This document shows, piece after piece, positions 1 to 11,476 of a stretch of DNA of 64,000 bases. The stretch lies in assembly GCF_044324785.1 (NCBI RefSeq), contig NZ_CP172127.1. One strand, written 5' to 3'. Positions within the stretch are counted from its first letter, which is position 1, and each line of letters starts with the position of its first letter. Both the position numbers and the translations under genes were made by a program. Under the pieces are notes generated by a model, which was not told where the DNA came from, searched no databases, and saw only the letters and a list, made by a program, of their open reading frames with translations. Source of the stretch: Escherichia coli. GTDB taxonomy: Bacteria > Pseudomonadota > Gammaproteobacteria > Enterobacterales > Enterobacteriaceae.

Positions 1-1
1 C

Positions 2-3000
2 GGTCTTGGCGTGATGACCCGCGGTGTGACCGATGACAGCGGTACCTTGCAGTTACAACATATATCGCCGGAACGTTCATACATTCTGGGTAAAGATGCT
101 GAAGGCGGCGTTTTTGTCTCCGAGAATTTTTTCTACGAAAGCGAAATCTACAACACCCGCTTGTATATCTTTACCGACCGCCCTCTGTATCGTGCAGGCG
201 ATCGTGTTGATGTCAAAGTGATGGGCCGCGAGTTCCACGACCCGTTGCATTCATCCCCCATCGTCAGCGCCCCGGCGAAGCTTTCAGTGCTGGACGCCAA
301 CGGCAGTCTGTTGCAAACCGTCAATGTCACGCTTGATGCGCGTAATGGCGGGCAGGGGAGTTTCCGCCTGCCAGAAAATGCCGTCGCCGGAGGTTATGAG
401 TTACGCCTGGCTTACCGCAAACAGGTCTATAGCAGCAGTTTTCGCGTGGCAAACTACATCAAGCCACATTTCGAGATTGGTTTAGCTCTCGACAAAAAAG
501 AGTTCAAAACAGGCGAAGCGGTCAGCGGCAAACTGCAACTGCTTTACCCGGATGGAGAGCCGGTAAAAGATGCCCGCGTGCAGTTAAGTTTGCGCGCTCA
601 GCAATTATCAATGGTCGGTAACGATTTGCGTTATGCCGGACGTTTCCCGGTGTCGCTGGAAGGCAGTGAAACGGTTTCCGACGATAATGGTCATGTGGCG
701 TTGAATCTCCCCGCCGCCGATAAACCGAGCCGTTATTTGTTAACCGTCTCCGCCAGTGACGGCGCGGCGTATCGAGTTACCACCACCAAAGAGATCCTCA
801 TTGAACGCGGTCTGGCGCATTACTCTTTAAGTACCGCCGCACAATACAGTAATAGCGGTGAATTGGTTGTGTTCCGTTATGCCGCGCTGGAATCTTCAAA
901 ACAGGTTCCTGTTACGTATGAATGGTTGCGTCTCGAAGACCGCACGAGCCACAGCGGAGATCTACCGTCTGGCGGCAAATCCTTTACCGTCAATTTCGAT
1001 AAACCTGGCAACTACAATCTGACATTACGCGATAAAGACGGCTTAATTCTCGCCGGGTTAAGCCATGCAGTCAGCGGTAAGGGCAGCACGTCGCATACTG
1101 GTACGGTAGATATCGTGGCAGATAAAACGCTGTACCAGCCTGGCGAAACCTCGAAGATGCTGATTACCTTCCCGGAGCCAATTGATGAAGCATTATTGAC
1201 GCTGGAACGCGATCGCATTGAACAGCAGTCGCTGCTATCGCATCCGGCAAACTGGCTGACGTTACAACGTTTAAACGATACCCAGTATGAAGCCCGCATA
1301 CCAGTGAGCAATTCCTTTGCGCCTAACATCACTTTTTCGGTGCTGTATACCCGTAACGGTCAGTACAGTTTTCAGAACGCCGGGATCAAAGTTGCCGTTC
1401 CCCAGCTGGATATCCGGGTGAAAACGGACAAAACCCATTACCAGCCTGGTGAACTGGTCAATGTCGAATTAACCTCGTCGCTGAAAGGTAAACCTGTTTC
1501 TGCGCAGCTAACGGTTGGTGTGGTCGATGAAATGATCTACGCGCTGCAACCGGAAATCGCGCCGAATATCGGCAAATTTTTCTATCCGCTGGGGCGTAAC
1601 AATGTGCGTACCAGCTCCAGTCTGTCGTTTATCAGCTACGACCAGGCGCTCTCCAGCGAGCCGGTTGCGCCTGGCGCGACTAACCGCAGCGAGCGGCGAG
1701 TAAAAATGCTTGAACGTCCACGGCGTGAAGAGGTGGATACCGCGGCATGGATGCCGTCACTCACAACCGATAAACAAGGCAAAGCGTATTTCACGTTCCT
1801 GATGCCTGATTCGTTAACCCGTTGGCGCATCACGGCACGTGGGATGAACGGCGACGGGCTGGTCGGGCAGGGGCGTGCTTATCTTCGTTCGGAAAAAAAT
1901 CTCTACATGAAGTGGAGTATGCCAACGGTGTATCGCATGGGCGACAAACCGGCGGCAGGACTGTTTATCTTCAGTCAGCAGGATAACGAACCGGTGGCGC
2001 TGGTGACTAAGTTTGCAGGCGACGAGATGCGCCAGACGCTGACACTGCACAAAGGGGCGAATTATATTTCGCTGGCGCAGAACATTCAGCAATCTGGCTT
2101 GTTAAGCGCAGAACTGCAACAAAATGGGCAAGTGCAGGACAGCATTAGCACAAAACTGTTTTTTGTGGATAACAGCTGGCCCGTTGAACAGCAGAAAAAT
2201 GTCATGCTTGGCGGTGGCGATAACGCGTTGATGTTGCCTGAGCAGGCGAGCAATATCCGGCTACAAAGTAGCGAAACGCCGCAGGAGATTTTCCGTAACA
2301 ATCTTGATGCGTTAGTCGATGAACCGTGGGGTGGGGTGATCAACACCGGTAGCCGTCTGATCCCGCTCAGTCTCACCTGGCGTTCACTTGCCGATCATCA
2401 AAGTGCCGCCGCTAACGACATTCGTCAGATGATTCAGGATAACCGTCTGCGGCTGATGCAACTGGCGGGGCCCGGAGCGCGCTTTACCTGGTGGGGTGAA
2501 GATGGCAATGGCGACGCCTTCCTGACGGCATGGGCATGGTACGCCGACTGGCAGGCCAGCCAGGCGCTCGGCGTAACGCAACAACCGGAATACTGGCAAC
2601 ATATGCTCGACAGTTATGCCGAGCAGACAGATAACATGCCGTTATTGCATCGGGCGCTGGTGCTGGCGTGGGCACAGGAGATGAATCTGCCGTGCAAAAC
2701 GTTGTTGAAAGGGTTGGATGAAGCTATCGCCCGGCGCGGAACTAAAACTGAAGATTTCTCTGAGGAAGACACCAGCGATATCAATGACAGCCTGATCCTC
2801 GATACACCGGAATCTCCACTGGCAGATGCGGTGGCAAACGTCTTAACCATGACGTTGCTGAAAAAAGCGCAGTTGAAGTCCACGGTGATGCCACAGGTTC
2901 AGCAATATGCGTGGGATAAAGCGGCAAACAGCAATCAGCCGCTGGCGCACACGGTTGTGCTGCTCAATAGCGGGGGCGACGCTACCCAGGCGGCTGCTAT

Positions 3001-3733
3001 TTTAAGTGGTTTGACCGCTGAGCAATCTACTATTGAGCGCGCGCTGGCCATGAACTGGCTGGCGAAATATATGGCGACAATGCCTCCGGTTGTGTTGCCT
3101 GCGCCTGCGGGCGCATGGGCCAAACATAAGTTAACTGGAGGGGGCGAATACTGGCGTTGGGTTGGTCAGGGCGTGCCGGACATTCTCTCTTTTGGTGACG
3201 AATTATCGCCGCAAAATGTGCAGGTCCGCTGGCGTGAACCGGCAAAAACGGCTCAACAAAGTAACATTCCGGTGACCGTTGAACGCCAGTTGTATCGGCT
3301 TATCCCTGGTGAAGAAGAGATGAGCTTTACTCTGCAACCGGTGACCAGCAATGAGATTGACAGCGATGCGCTGTATCTCGATGAAATCACGCTTACCAGC
3401 GAGCAGGATGCAGTTCTGCGCTACGGTCAGGTGGAAGTACCGCTCCCACCGGGAGCCGACGTTGAGCGCACAACATGGGGCATTTCGGTCAATAAACCCA
3501 ACGCCGCGAAACAGCAGGGGCAATTGCTGGAAAAAGCGCGTAATGAAATGGGCGAACTGGCCTATATGGTGCCGGTGAAAGAACTGACGGGAACGGTCAC
3601 TTTCCGCCATTTGCTGCGCTTCTCGCAAAAAGGGCAATTCGTTCTGCCTCCTGCTCGTTATGTGCGTTCCTATGCACCTGCACAGCAAAGTGTTGCGGCA
3701 GGGAGTGAATGGCCCGGGATGCAGGTGAAATAA
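2..3733 (+). CDS. yfaS: alpha-2-macroglobulin family protein, C-terminal ~1240 codons; 5' end lies upstream of the window
   Basis: Frame is open from the window edge to the stop at 3731-3733. Large secreted MG-domain-type protein, followed by the yfaQ and yfaP homologues in the order I recall from E. coli. No internal stop in the visible part. Confidence 0.75.
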   Translation, partial: GLGVMTRGVTDDSGTLQLQHISPERSYILGKDAEGGVFVSENFFYESEIYNTRLYIFTDRPLYRAGDRVDVKVMGREFHDPLHSSPIVSAPAKLSVLDANGSLLQTVNVTLDARNGGQGSFRLPENAVAGGYELRLAYRKQVYSSSFRVANYIKPHFEIGLALDKKEFKTGEAVSGKLQLLYPDGEPVKDARVQLSLRAQQLSMVGNDLRYAGRFPVSLEGSETVSDDNGHVALNLPAADKPSRYLLTVSASDGAAYRVTTTKEILIERGLAHYSLSTAAQYSNSGELVVFRYAALESSKQVPVTYEWLRLEDRTSHSGDLPSGGKSFTVNFDKPGNYNLTLRDKDGLILAGLSHAVSGKGSTSHTGTVDIVADKTLYQPGETSKMLITFPEPIDEALLTLERDRIEQQSLLSHPANWLTLQRLNDTQYEARIPVSNSFAPNITFSVLYTRNGQYSFQNAGIKVAVPQLDIRVKTDKTHYQPGELVNVELTSSLKGKPVSAQLTVGVVDEMIYALQPEIAPNIGKFFYPLGRNNVRTSSSLSFISYDQALSSEPVAPGATNRSERRVKMLERPRREEVDTAAWMPSLTTDKQGKAYFTFLMPDSLTRWRITARGMNGDGLVGQGRAYLRSEKNLYMKWSMPTVYRMGDKPAAGLFIFSQQDNEPVALVTKFAGDEMRQTLTLHKGANYISLAQNIQQSGLLSAELQQNGQVQDSISTKLFFVDNSWPVEQQKNVMLGGGDNALMLPEQASNIRLQSSETPQEIFRNNLDALVDEPWGGVINTGSRLIPLSLTWRSLADHQSAAANDIRQMIQDNRLRLMQLAGPGARFTWWGEDGNGDAFLTAWAWYADWQASQALGVTQQPEYWQHMLDSYAEQTDNMPLLHRALVLAWAQEMNLPCKTLLKGLDEAIARRGTKTEDFSEEDTSDINDSLILDTPESPLADAVANVLTMTLLKKAQLKSTVMPQVQQYAWDKAANSNQPLAHTVVLLNSGGDATQAAAILSGLTAEQSTIERALAMNWLAKYMATMPPVVLPAPAGAWAKHKLTGGGEYWRWVGQGVPDILSFGDELSPQNVQVRWREPAKTAQQSNIPVTVERQLYRLIPGEEEMSFTLQPVTSNEIDSDALYLDEITLTSEQDAVLRYGQVEVPLPPGADVERTTWGISVNKPNAAKQQGQLLEKARNEMGELAYMVPVKELTGTVTFRHLLRFSQKGQFVLPPARYVRSYAPAQQSVAAGSEWPGMQVK

Positions 3734-5383
3734 GTGAACTGGCGCAGAATCGTCTGGCTATTGGCGTTGGTTACTCTGCCAACGCTTGCGGAGGAGACGC
3801 CGTTACAACTGGCACTGCGTGGTGCGCAGCACGATCAACTGTATCAGCTGTCGTCATCAGGCGTGACCAAAGCCTCGACATTACCTGACTCGCTCACCAC
3901 GCCGTTAGGGAGTTTGTGGAAACTGTATGTTTACGCCTGGCTGGAGGATACCCATCAACCGGAGCAGCCCTACCAGTGTCGCGGAAACTCCCCGGAAGAG
4001 GTTTATTGTTGTCAGGCTGGGGAGAGTATAACGCGCGATACCGCGCTGGTACGTTCCTGTGGGCTCTATTTTGCGCCGCAGCGGTTGCATATTGGCGCAG
4101 ATGTGTGGGGGCAATACTGGCAACAGCGTCAGGCACCTGCGTGGTTAGCGTCTCTTACTACGCTGAAGCCAGAAACCTCGGTAACGGTTAAATCGCTGCT
4201 TGATTCATTAGCGACGTTACCTGCGCAAAACAAAGCTCAGGAAGTCTTACTGGATGTGGTGCTGGACGAGGCGAAAATCGGTGTCGCATCCATGCTCGGT
4301 AGTCGGGTACGGGTGAAAACCTGGAGCTGGTTTGCCGATAATAAACAGGAAATCCGTCAGGGTGGTTTTGCCGGCTGGTTAACCGATGGTACACCGCTGT
4401 GGGTGACTGGCAGCGGCACCAGCAAAACGGTACTAACCCGTTATGCGACGGTGCTTAATCGAGTTTTGCCAGTGCCGACGCAGGTTGCCAGTGGGCAATG
4501 TGTAGAGGTGGAGCTGTTTGCCCGCTATCCGCTGAAGAAAATCACAGCGGAAAAGAGTACGACGGCAGTAAAACCCGGCGTACTTAATGGGCGCTATCGT
4601 GTGACGTTTACTAATGGTAACCACATTACGTTTGTCAGCCACGGTGAGACGACCTTACTGAGCGAAAAGGGCAAACTGAAATTGCAGTCGCATCTCGATC
4701 GTGAAGAGTACGTTGCCAGAGTTCTGGATCGCGAGGCGAAAAGTACGCCACCTGAGGCAGCGAAAGCCATGACCGTGGCGATTCGCACTTTTTTACAGCA
4801 AAACGCCAATCGGGAAGGCGATTGCCTGACCATCCCCGACAGCAGCGCCACGCAGCGTGTTTCTGCTTCGCCAGCTACCACGGGGGCGCGAACGATGACC
4901 GCCTGGACGCAGGATCTTATCTATGCGGGCGATCCGGTTCATTATCATGGCAGTCGCGCTACCGAAGGGACGCTTTCCTGGCGGCAAGCCACGGCCCAGG
5001 CGGGGCAGGGAGAGCGTTACGATCAGATACTCGCGTTTGCTTATCCCGACAATAGCCTTAGCCGCTGGGGAGCGCCACGCTCAACCTGCCAGTTATTACC
5101 CAAAGCGAAAGCCTGGCTGGCGAAAAAAATGCCGCAGTGGCGGCGTATGTTACAAGGCGAGATGGGGTACAACGAACCAGACGTGTTTGCGGTCTGTCGT
5201 TTAGTCTCAGGTTTCCCCTATACCGATCGGCAGCAGAAACGGCTGTTTATTCGTAACTTCTTTACGCTTCAGGATCGGCTGGATTTAACCCATGAGTATC
5301 TGCACCTGGCCTTTGATGGTTATCCCACCGGGCTTGATGAGAACTATATCGAAACGCTGACCCGACAATTATTAATGGACTAA
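3734..5383 (+). CDS. yfaQ: YfaQ-family protein of the alpha-2-macroglobulin operon (function unknown), 549 aa
   Basis: 549-aa ORF starting at a GTG immediately after the yfaS stop, with a hydrophobic signal-like N-terminus (MNWRRIVWLLALVTLPTLA). Size and position match yfaQ. Confidence 0.7.
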   Translation: MNWRRIVWLLALVTLPTLAEETPLQLALRGAQHDQLYQLSSSGVTKASTLPDSLTTPLGSLWKLYVYAWLEDTHQPEQPYQCRGNSPEEVYCCQAGESITRDTALVRSCGLYFAPQRLHIGADVWGQYWQQRQAPAWLASLTTLKPETSVTVKSLLDSLATLPAQNKAQEVLLDVVLDEAKIGVASMLGSRVRVKTWSWFADNKQEIRQGGFAGWLTDGTPLWVTGSGTSKTVLTRYATVLNRVLPVPTQVASGQCVEVELFARYPLKKITAEKSTTAVKPGVLNGRYRVTFTNGNHITFVSHGETTLLSEKGKLKLQSHLDREEYVARVLDREAKSTPPEAAKAMTVAIRTFLQQNANREGDCLTIPDSSATQRVSASPATTGARTMTAWTQDLIYAGDPVHYHGSRATEGTLSWRQATAQAGQGERYDQILAFAYPDNSLSRWGAPRSTCQLLPKAKAWLAKKMPQWRRMLQGEMGYNEPDVFAVCRLVSGFPYTDRQQKRLFIRNFFTLQDRLDLTHEYLHLAFDGYPTGLDENYIETLTRQLLMD

Positions 5384-5387
5384 TGCT

Positions 5388-6164
5388 ATGCGAAAGATTT
5401 TTCTTCCGTTGTTACTGGTGGCGCTTTCGCCTGTTGCCCATGGCGAAGGTGTGCAGGAAGTCGAGATTGATGCACCGCTCTCTGGCTGGCATCCGGCAGA
5501 GGGTGAAGATGCCAGTTTTTCACAATCGATCAATTACCCGGCGTCGTCCGTCAACATGGCAGATGATCAAAATATCTCAGCGCAGATCCGCGGCAAAATA
5601 AAGAATTATGCTGCGGCGGGTAAAGTTCAGCAGGGCCGGCTGGTGGTCAACGGTGCCAGTATGCCGCAGAGAATTGAATCCGATGGTTCTTTTGCGCGCC
5701 CTTATATTTTTACTGAAGGCAGCAACAGCGTGCAGGTCATCAGCCCGGATGGGCAAAGCCGACAAAAAATGCAGTTTTACTCAACGCCGGGTGCTGGAGT
5801 GATCCGCGCGCGTTTACGGCTGGTTCTCTCCTGGGATACGGACAATACCGACCTCGATCTTCACGTTGTCACACCTGATGGCGAACACGCTTGGTACGGT
5901 AACACCGTGCTGAAAAACAGTGGTGCACTGGATATGGATGTCACGACGGGGTATGGACCCGAGATTTTCGCCATGCCAGCGCCAGTTCACGGGCGCTATC
6001 AGGTGTATATCAACTACTATGGTGGGCGCAGCGAAACGGAATTGACGACCGCCCAACTGACGCTGATTACCGATGAAGGATCGGTCAATGAGAAACAGGA
6101 AACTTTCATTGTACCGATGCGTAATGCTGGCGAGTTGACGCTGGTGAAAAGTTTTGACTGGTGA
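5388..6164 (+). CDS. yfaP: YfaP-family secreted protein (function unknown), 258 aa
   Basis: 258-aa ORF with signal peptide (MRKIFLPLLLVALSPVAHG), 4 bp downstream of yfaQ. Size and synteny match yfaP. Confidence 0.7.
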   Translation: MRKIFLPLLLVALSPVAHGEGVQEVEIDAPLSGWHPAEGEDASFSQSINYPASSVNMADDQNISAQIRGKIKNYAAAGKVQQGRLVVNGASMPQRIESDGSFARPYIFTEGSNSVQVISPDGQSRQKMQFYSTPGAGVIRARLRLVLSWDTDNTDLDLHVVTPDGEHAWYGNTVLKNSGALDMDVTTGYGPEIFAMPAPVHGRYQVYINYYGGRSETELTTAQLTLITDEGSVNEKQETFIVPMRNAGELTLVKSFDW

Positions 6165-6438
6165 GCCATCCTTTCACACAACCTGGCTCTCTCTTTTTTC
6201 AGATAAGACTGCTGGGCGATCTGCCGACGCCAGGATATAACCATTAACAAGCGTCGGCAGATTGGTCATTTCTTGTTGTTCGTACGGAAAACTGTCCATT
6301 TACTCCGGCTTTCCTGATTAAGGCAATGGTTTCTAAGCGATACGCATTATTGCAATGGTGACAGAACATTGCGGTAACACGCTTTTACCGCTACCTTAAC
6401 CACACTCCATCGGTCACCTGAGGCGGAGCTTCGCCCCT

Positions 6439-9288
6439 TTGAAATACCTTGCTTCTTTTCGTACAACCCTGAAAGCCTCGCGCTACATGTTCAGAGCATT
6501 GGCGTTAGTGCTCTGGCTGTTGATTGCTTTTTCATCCGTTTTTTACATCGTTAATGCGTTACATCAGCGAGAATCGGAAATTCGTCAGGAATTTAATCTG
6601 AGTTCCGATCAGGCTCAGCGCTTTATTCAACGCACCTCTGATGTGATGAAAGAGCTGAAGTACATCGCCGAAAATCGCTTATCGGCAGAAAACGGTGTGC
6701 TTTCCCCGCGTGGACGAGAAACGCAGACGGATGTGCCTGCGTTTGAACCGCTGTTTGCTGACTCTGATTGTTCCGCAATGAGTAACACCTGGCGAGGTTC
6801 TTTGGAGTCATTGGCGTGGTTTATGCGCTACTGGCGCGATAATTTTTCTGCGGCTTACGATCTCAACCGGGTATTTTTAATCGGCAGCGATAACCTCTGC
6901 ATGGCCAATTTCGGTCTGCGTGATATGCCAGTGGAACGCGATACCGCGTTGAAAGCGTTGCATGAACGCATCAATAAATATCGAAATGCACCACAAGACG
7001 ATAGCGGCAGTAACCTCTACTGGATCAGCGAAGGTCCGCGCCCTGGCGTCGGGTATTTTTACGCGTTGACGCCAGTTTATCTGGCGAACCGGTTGCAGGC
7101 GCTTTTGGGTGTCGAGCAGACCATCCGGATGGAGAACTTTTTCTTACCTGGTACGTTGCCGATGGGGGTTACCATTCTTGATGAAAATGGTCATACCCTG
7201 ATTTCGCTTACCGGACCAGAAAGCAAAATTAAGGGCGATCCTCGCTGGATGCAGGAACGCTCCTGGTTTGGCTATACGGAAGGTTTCCGGGAGCTGGTGC
7301 TGAAGAAAAATCTGCCACCCTCATCGCTAAGCATCGTGTATTCGGTGCCGGTTGATAAGGTGCTGGAACGCATTCGCATGTTGATCCTTAACGCAATTTT
7401 GCTGAATGTGCTTGCCGGAGCTGCATTGTTTACTCTCGCGCGGATGTACGAGCGACGTATTTTCATTCCGGCGGAAAGCGATGCCCTGCGGCTGGAAGAA
7501 CATGAGCAGTTTAATCGCAAGATTGTCGCCTCCGCGCCAGTAGGTATCTGCATTTTACGTACCGCTGATGGCGTCAATATTTTAAGTAACGAACTGGCGC
7601 ATACCTATCTCAATATGCTTACGCATGAGGATCGCCAACGACTGACGCAAATTATCTGTGGGCAGCAGGTCAATTTTGTTGATGTCCTGACCAGCAACAA
7701 TACCAATCTGCAAATCAGCTTCGTCCATTCGCGCTATCGTAATGAAAACGTGGCCATTTGTGTGCTGGTGGATGTTTCTTCGCGCGTGAAGATGGAAGAG
7801 TCGTTGCAGGAGATGGCACAAGCAGCGGAACAGGCGAGCCAGTCAAAATCGATGTTCCTTGCCACCGTCAGTCATGAGCTGCGAACGCCGCTGTATGGCA
7901 TTATCGGTAACCTGGATCTGTTGCAAACCAAAGAGTTACCGAAAGGCGTCGATCGTCTGGTGACGGCAATGAACAACTCTTCCAGCCTGTTGTTGAAAAT
8001 TATCAGCGATATTCTCGATTTCTCGAAAATTGAATCAGAACAGTTGAAGATCGAACCGCGTGAGTTTTCACCGCGTGAAGTGATGAACCACATCACCGCC
8101 AACTATTTACCGCTGGTGGTACGCAAGCAGCTAGGCTTGTACTGCTTTATTGAACCGGATGTGCCAGTGGCCTTAAATGGCGACCCGATGCGTTTACAGC
8201 AGGTCATCTCCAACCTGTTGAGTAACGCCATAAAATTCACCGATACCGGCTGTATAGTTTTGCATGTTCGCGCTGATGGCGATTATCTCTCTATCCGTGT
8301 TCGCGATACCGGCGTGGGGATTCCGGCGAAAGAAGTGGTGCGCTTGTTTGATCCCTTCTTCCAGGTCGGAACGGGCGTACAGCGTAACTTCCAGGGGACC
8401 GGTCTGGGGCTGGCGATTTGTGAAAAACTGATCAGCATGATGGACGGCGACATCTCGGTAGATTCAGAACCGGGAATGGGCAGCCAGTTTACCGTGCGTA
8501 TTCCGTTGTACGGCGCTCAGTACCCGCAGAAAAAAGGCGTGGAAGGGTTGAGTGGTAAACGCTGCTGGCTGGCGGTCCGCAATGCGTCGCTCTGTCAGTT
8601 CCTGGAAACCAGTTTGCAGCGCAGCGGCATCGTCGTTACAACATACGAAGGGCAGGAACCGACTCCCGAAGATGTGTTAATCACTGACGAGGTAGTGAGC
8701 CAAAAATGGCAGGGTAGAGCGGTAGTGACCTTCTGTCGTCGCCATATTGGTATTCCGCTGGAGAAAGCGCCAGGGGAGTGGGTACACAGTGTGGCTGCCC
8801 CGCATGAGCTACCGGCATTGTTGGCGCGTATTTATTTGATCGAGATGGAGAGCGATGATCCTGCTAACGCTCTGCCGTCGACGGACAAAGCGGTCAGCGA
8901 TAACGACGATATGATGATTCTGGTCGTGGATGATCATCCGATTAACCGGCGTCTTCTGGCAGATCAGTTGGGATCGTTGGGCTATCAATGTAAAACCGCG
9001 AATGATGGCGTCGATGCGCTTAATGTACTTAGCAAGAATCATATTGATATCGTGCTTAGCGACGTCAACATGCCAAATATGGATGGTTACCGCTTGACGC
9101 AACGCATTCGTCAGTTGGGACTGACGTTGCCGGTAATCGGAGTAACTGCTAATGCGTTGGCTGAAGAGAAGCAGCGGTGTCTGGAGTCCGGTATGGACAG
9201 CTGCCTGTCGAAGCCGGTAACGCTGGATGTGATAAAACAGACGCTGACGGTATATGCCGAGAGGGTCAGGAAATCGCGGGAATCGTAG
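6439..9288 (+). CDS. rcsC: Rcs phosphorelay hybrid sensor histidine kinase RcsC, 949 aa
   Basis: N-terminus MKYLASFRTTLK, two TM segments, HisKA H-box (ATVSHELRTPLYGI), HATPase_c and a C-terminal receiver (LVVDDHPINRRL...DVNMPNMDG). 949 aa as in E. coli RcsC. Apparent TTG start. Confidence 0.93.
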   Translation: MKYLASFRTTLKASRYMFRALALVLWLLIAFSSVFYIVNALHQRESEIRQEFNLSSDQAQRFIQRTSDVMKELKYIAENRLSAENGVLSPRGRETQTDVPAFEPLFADSDCSAMSNTWRGSLESLAWFMRYWRDNFSAAYDLNRVFLIGSDNLCMANFGLRDMPVERDTALKALHERINKYRNAPQDDSGSNLYWISEGPRPGVGYFYALTPVYLANRLQALLGVEQTIRMENFFLPGTLPMGVTILDENGHTLISLTGPESKIKGDPRWMQERSWFGYTEGFRELVLKKNLPPSSLSIVYSVPVDKVLERIRMLILNAILLNVLAGAALFTLARMYERRIFIPAESDALRLEEHEQFNRKIVASAPVGICILRTADGVNILSNELAHTYLNMLTHEDRQRLTQIICGQQVNFVDVLTSNNTNLQISFVHSRYRNENVAICVLVDVSSRVKMEESLQEMAQAAEQASQSKSMFLATVSHELRTPLYGIIGNLDLLQTKELPKGVDRLVTAMNNSSSLLLKIISDILDFSKIESEQLKIEPREFSPREVMNHITANYLPLVVRKQLGLYCFIEPDVPVALNGDPMRLQQVISNLLSNAIKFTDTGCIVLHVRADGDYLSIRVRDTGVGIPAKEVVRLFDPFFQVGTGVQRNFQGTGLGLAICEKLISMMDGDISVDSEPGMGSQFTVRIPLYGAQYPQKKGVEGLSGKRCWLAVRNASLCQFLETSLQRSGIVVTTYEGQEPTPEDVLITDEVVSQKWQGRAVVTFCRRHIGIPLEKAPGEWVHSVAAPHELPALLARIYLIEMESDDPANALPSTDKAVSDNDDMMILVVDDHPINRRLLADQLGSLGYQCKTANDGVDALNVLSKNHIDIVLSDVNMPNMDGYRLTQRIRQLGLTLPVIGVTANALAEEKQRCLESGMDSCLSKPVTLDVIKQTLTVYAERVRKSRES

Positions 9289-9306
9289 GACGGATAAGGC
9301 GTTTAC
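9285..9306. repeat. Left half of a REP/palindromic unit (gtaggacggataaggcgtttac) interrupted by the IS
   Basis: REP-like sequence immediately after the rcsC stop. Its continuation (gccgcatccggca...) resumes after the IS at 10743. Confidence 0.6.
9303..9306. repeat. Target-site duplication TTAC (left copy)
   Basis: TTAC directly abuts the left IR and is repeated at 10739-10742 abutting the right IR. Confidence 0.7.
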
Positions 9307-9331
9307 TGAACTGCACCCCAAATGTTGGACA
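9307..9331. repeat. IS left terminal inverted repeat
   Basis: Begins TG...; 21 of 25 positions match the reverse complement of the right end. Confidence 0.75.
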
Positions 9332-9357
9332 TAATCTGACATCTGAAGGTGCAGTTT

Positions 9358-9879
9358 ATGAAACATTCATTTGAAGTAAAACTTGCCGCTGTAAATCATT
9401 ACCTGGCTGGTCATGCAGGCATCATTTCTACGGCAAAACTCTTTCAACTTTCTCACACCAGCCTCTCACACTGGATTAATCTTTTTCTTCTTCACGGTCC
9501 TCGGGCACTGGATTGCAGACACAAGCGTAGCTATTCTCCTGAAGATAAACTTTGCGTGGTTCTTTATGCTCTCGGGCATTCTGAGTCTCTACCCCGGGTA
9601 GCTGCCCGGTTTAACATTCCCAGCCACAACACGGTTAAAAACTGGATAAAAGGCTACCGCAAATCTGGTAATGAGGCCTTTATCAGGCGCAGGAAGGAGA
9701 AAAGCATGACCCGTTCTGATGATACCCATGAAAACGAGGCAAACATGACGCCGGAAGAGATGAAGAATGAGCTGCGTTATCTTCGCGCAGAAAATGCATA
9801 TCTGAAAGCCATGCAGGAGCATCTCCTGGAAAAAAAGCGCCAGGAGCTGGAGAAAAAACGAAAGTCATCCGGAGCCTGA
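9358..9879 (+). CDS. IS3-family transposase OrfA (HTH DNA-binding / leucine-zipper part)
   Basis: MKHSFEVKLAAVNHY... with a helix-turn-helix region and a C-terminal coiled-coil (LRYLRAENAYLKAMQEHLLEKKR) typical of IS3-family OrfA. The ORF track starts at GTG 9349; ATG at 9358 is the more likely start. Confidence 0.8.
   Translation: MKHSFEVKLAAVNHYLAGHAGIISTAKLFQLSHTSLSHWINLFLLHGPRALDCRHKRSYSPEDKLCVVLYALGHSESLPRVAARFNIPSHNTVKNWIKGYRKSGNEAFIRRRKEKSMTRSDDTHENEANMTPEEMKNELRYLRAENAYLKAMQEHLLEKKRQELEKKRKSSGA
9831..9837 (+). other. Candidate -1 programmed ribosomal frameshift heptamer A_AAA_AAG
   Basis: In the orfA frame the codons read gaA AAA AAG. orfB (stop at 10704-10706) is in the -1 frame relative to orfA, as in IS3-family OrfAB fusions. 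Confidence 0.6.
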
Positions 9880-9983
9880 GGTGCGGACACTGCCAGTCTG
9901 ACCTGTTAAAGGCTGCAGGGCTGGCCAGAAGCACGCTGTACTACCAGCTGTCACTGCAGAAGGCTAAGGACAAGTATGCTGAT

Positions 9984-10740
<757 letters not shown>

Positions 10741-10742
10741 AC

Positions 10743-10805
10743 GCCGCATCCGGCAATCGGTGCAAATGCCAGATAAGACACTAACGCGTCTTATCTGGCC
10801 TACAG
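10743..10805. repeat. Remainder of the REP/BIME palindromic units between rcsC and rcsB
   Basis: gccgcatccggcaatcggtgcaaatgccagataagacactaacgcgtcttatctggcctaca has the typical REP form (GCC-GGATG-CGGCG... / ...CTTATC-GGCCTAC). Confidence 0.6.
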
Positions 10806-10809
10806 GTGA

Positions 10810-11460
10810 TTAGTCTTTATCTGCCGGACTTAAGGTCACAGAAGAGAGATAATTCAGCAGAGCAATATCGTTCTCGACACCCAGCTTCATCATTGCAGAT
10901 TTCTTCTGGCTACTGATGGTTTTGATACTGCGGTTCAGCTTTTTAGCGATCTCGGTCACCAGGAAACCTTCCGCAAACAGGCGCAGCACTTCACTCTCTT
11001 TTGGCGAGAGACGCTTGTCACCGTAACCTCCAGCACTGATTTTTTCCAACAGGCGAGAAACGCTTTCCGGGGTAAATTTCTTCCCTTTCTGCAGCGCGGC
11101 GAGAGCTTTCGGCAGATCGGTCGGTGCACCTTGTTTCAGCACGATCCCTTCGATATCCAGATCCAATACCGCACTAAGAATCGCCGGGTTGTTGTTCATG
11201 GTCAGAACGATGATCGACAGGCTTGGGAAATGGCGCTTGATGTACTTGATTAAGGTAATGCCATCGCCGTACTTATCGCCAGGCATGGAGAGATCGGTAA
11301 TCAACACATGCGCATCCAGTTTCGGCAGGTTGTTGATCAGTGCTGTAGAGTCTTCAAATTCGCCGACAACATTCACCCACTCAATTTGCTCAAGTGATTT
11401 GCGAATACCGAACAAGACTATCGGATGGTCATCGGCAATAATTACGTTCATATTGTTCAT
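10810..11460 (-). CDS. rcsB: Rcs phosphorelay response regulator RcsB (receiver + LuxR-type HTH), 216 aa
   Basis: MNNMNVIIADDHPIVLFGIRKSL... receiver with a LuxR/FixJ HTH C-terminus. The ORF track extends 15 codons upstream; the start was chosen at the recognised MNNMN N-terminus. Confidence 0.93.
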   Translation of the reverse strand: MNNMNVIIADDHPIVLFGIRKSLEQIEWVNVVGEFEDSTALINNLPKLDAHVLITDLSMPGDKYGDGITLIKYIKRHFPSLSIIVLTMNNNPAILSAVLDLDIEGIVLKQGAPTDLPKALAALQKGKKFTPESVSRLLEKISAGGYGDKRLSPKESEVLRLFAEGFLVTEIAKKLNRSIKTISSQKKSAMMKLGVENDIALLNYLSSVTLSPADKD

Positions 11461-11476
11461 GTAATAGGCTACCTTG

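Noticed and set aside
6439-6441. TTG start of rcsC as a possible mis-annotation or truncation
   Set aside because: The encoded N-terminus (MKYLASFRTTLK...) and the 949-aa length match what I recall for RcsC, so the non-ATG start is most likely genuine rather than a lesion.
8809-9366. 185-aa minus-strand ORF spanning the rcsC 3' end and the IS left end
   Set aside because: It crosses the IS boundary and is antisense to rcsC; an artefact of the insertion junction rather than a gene.
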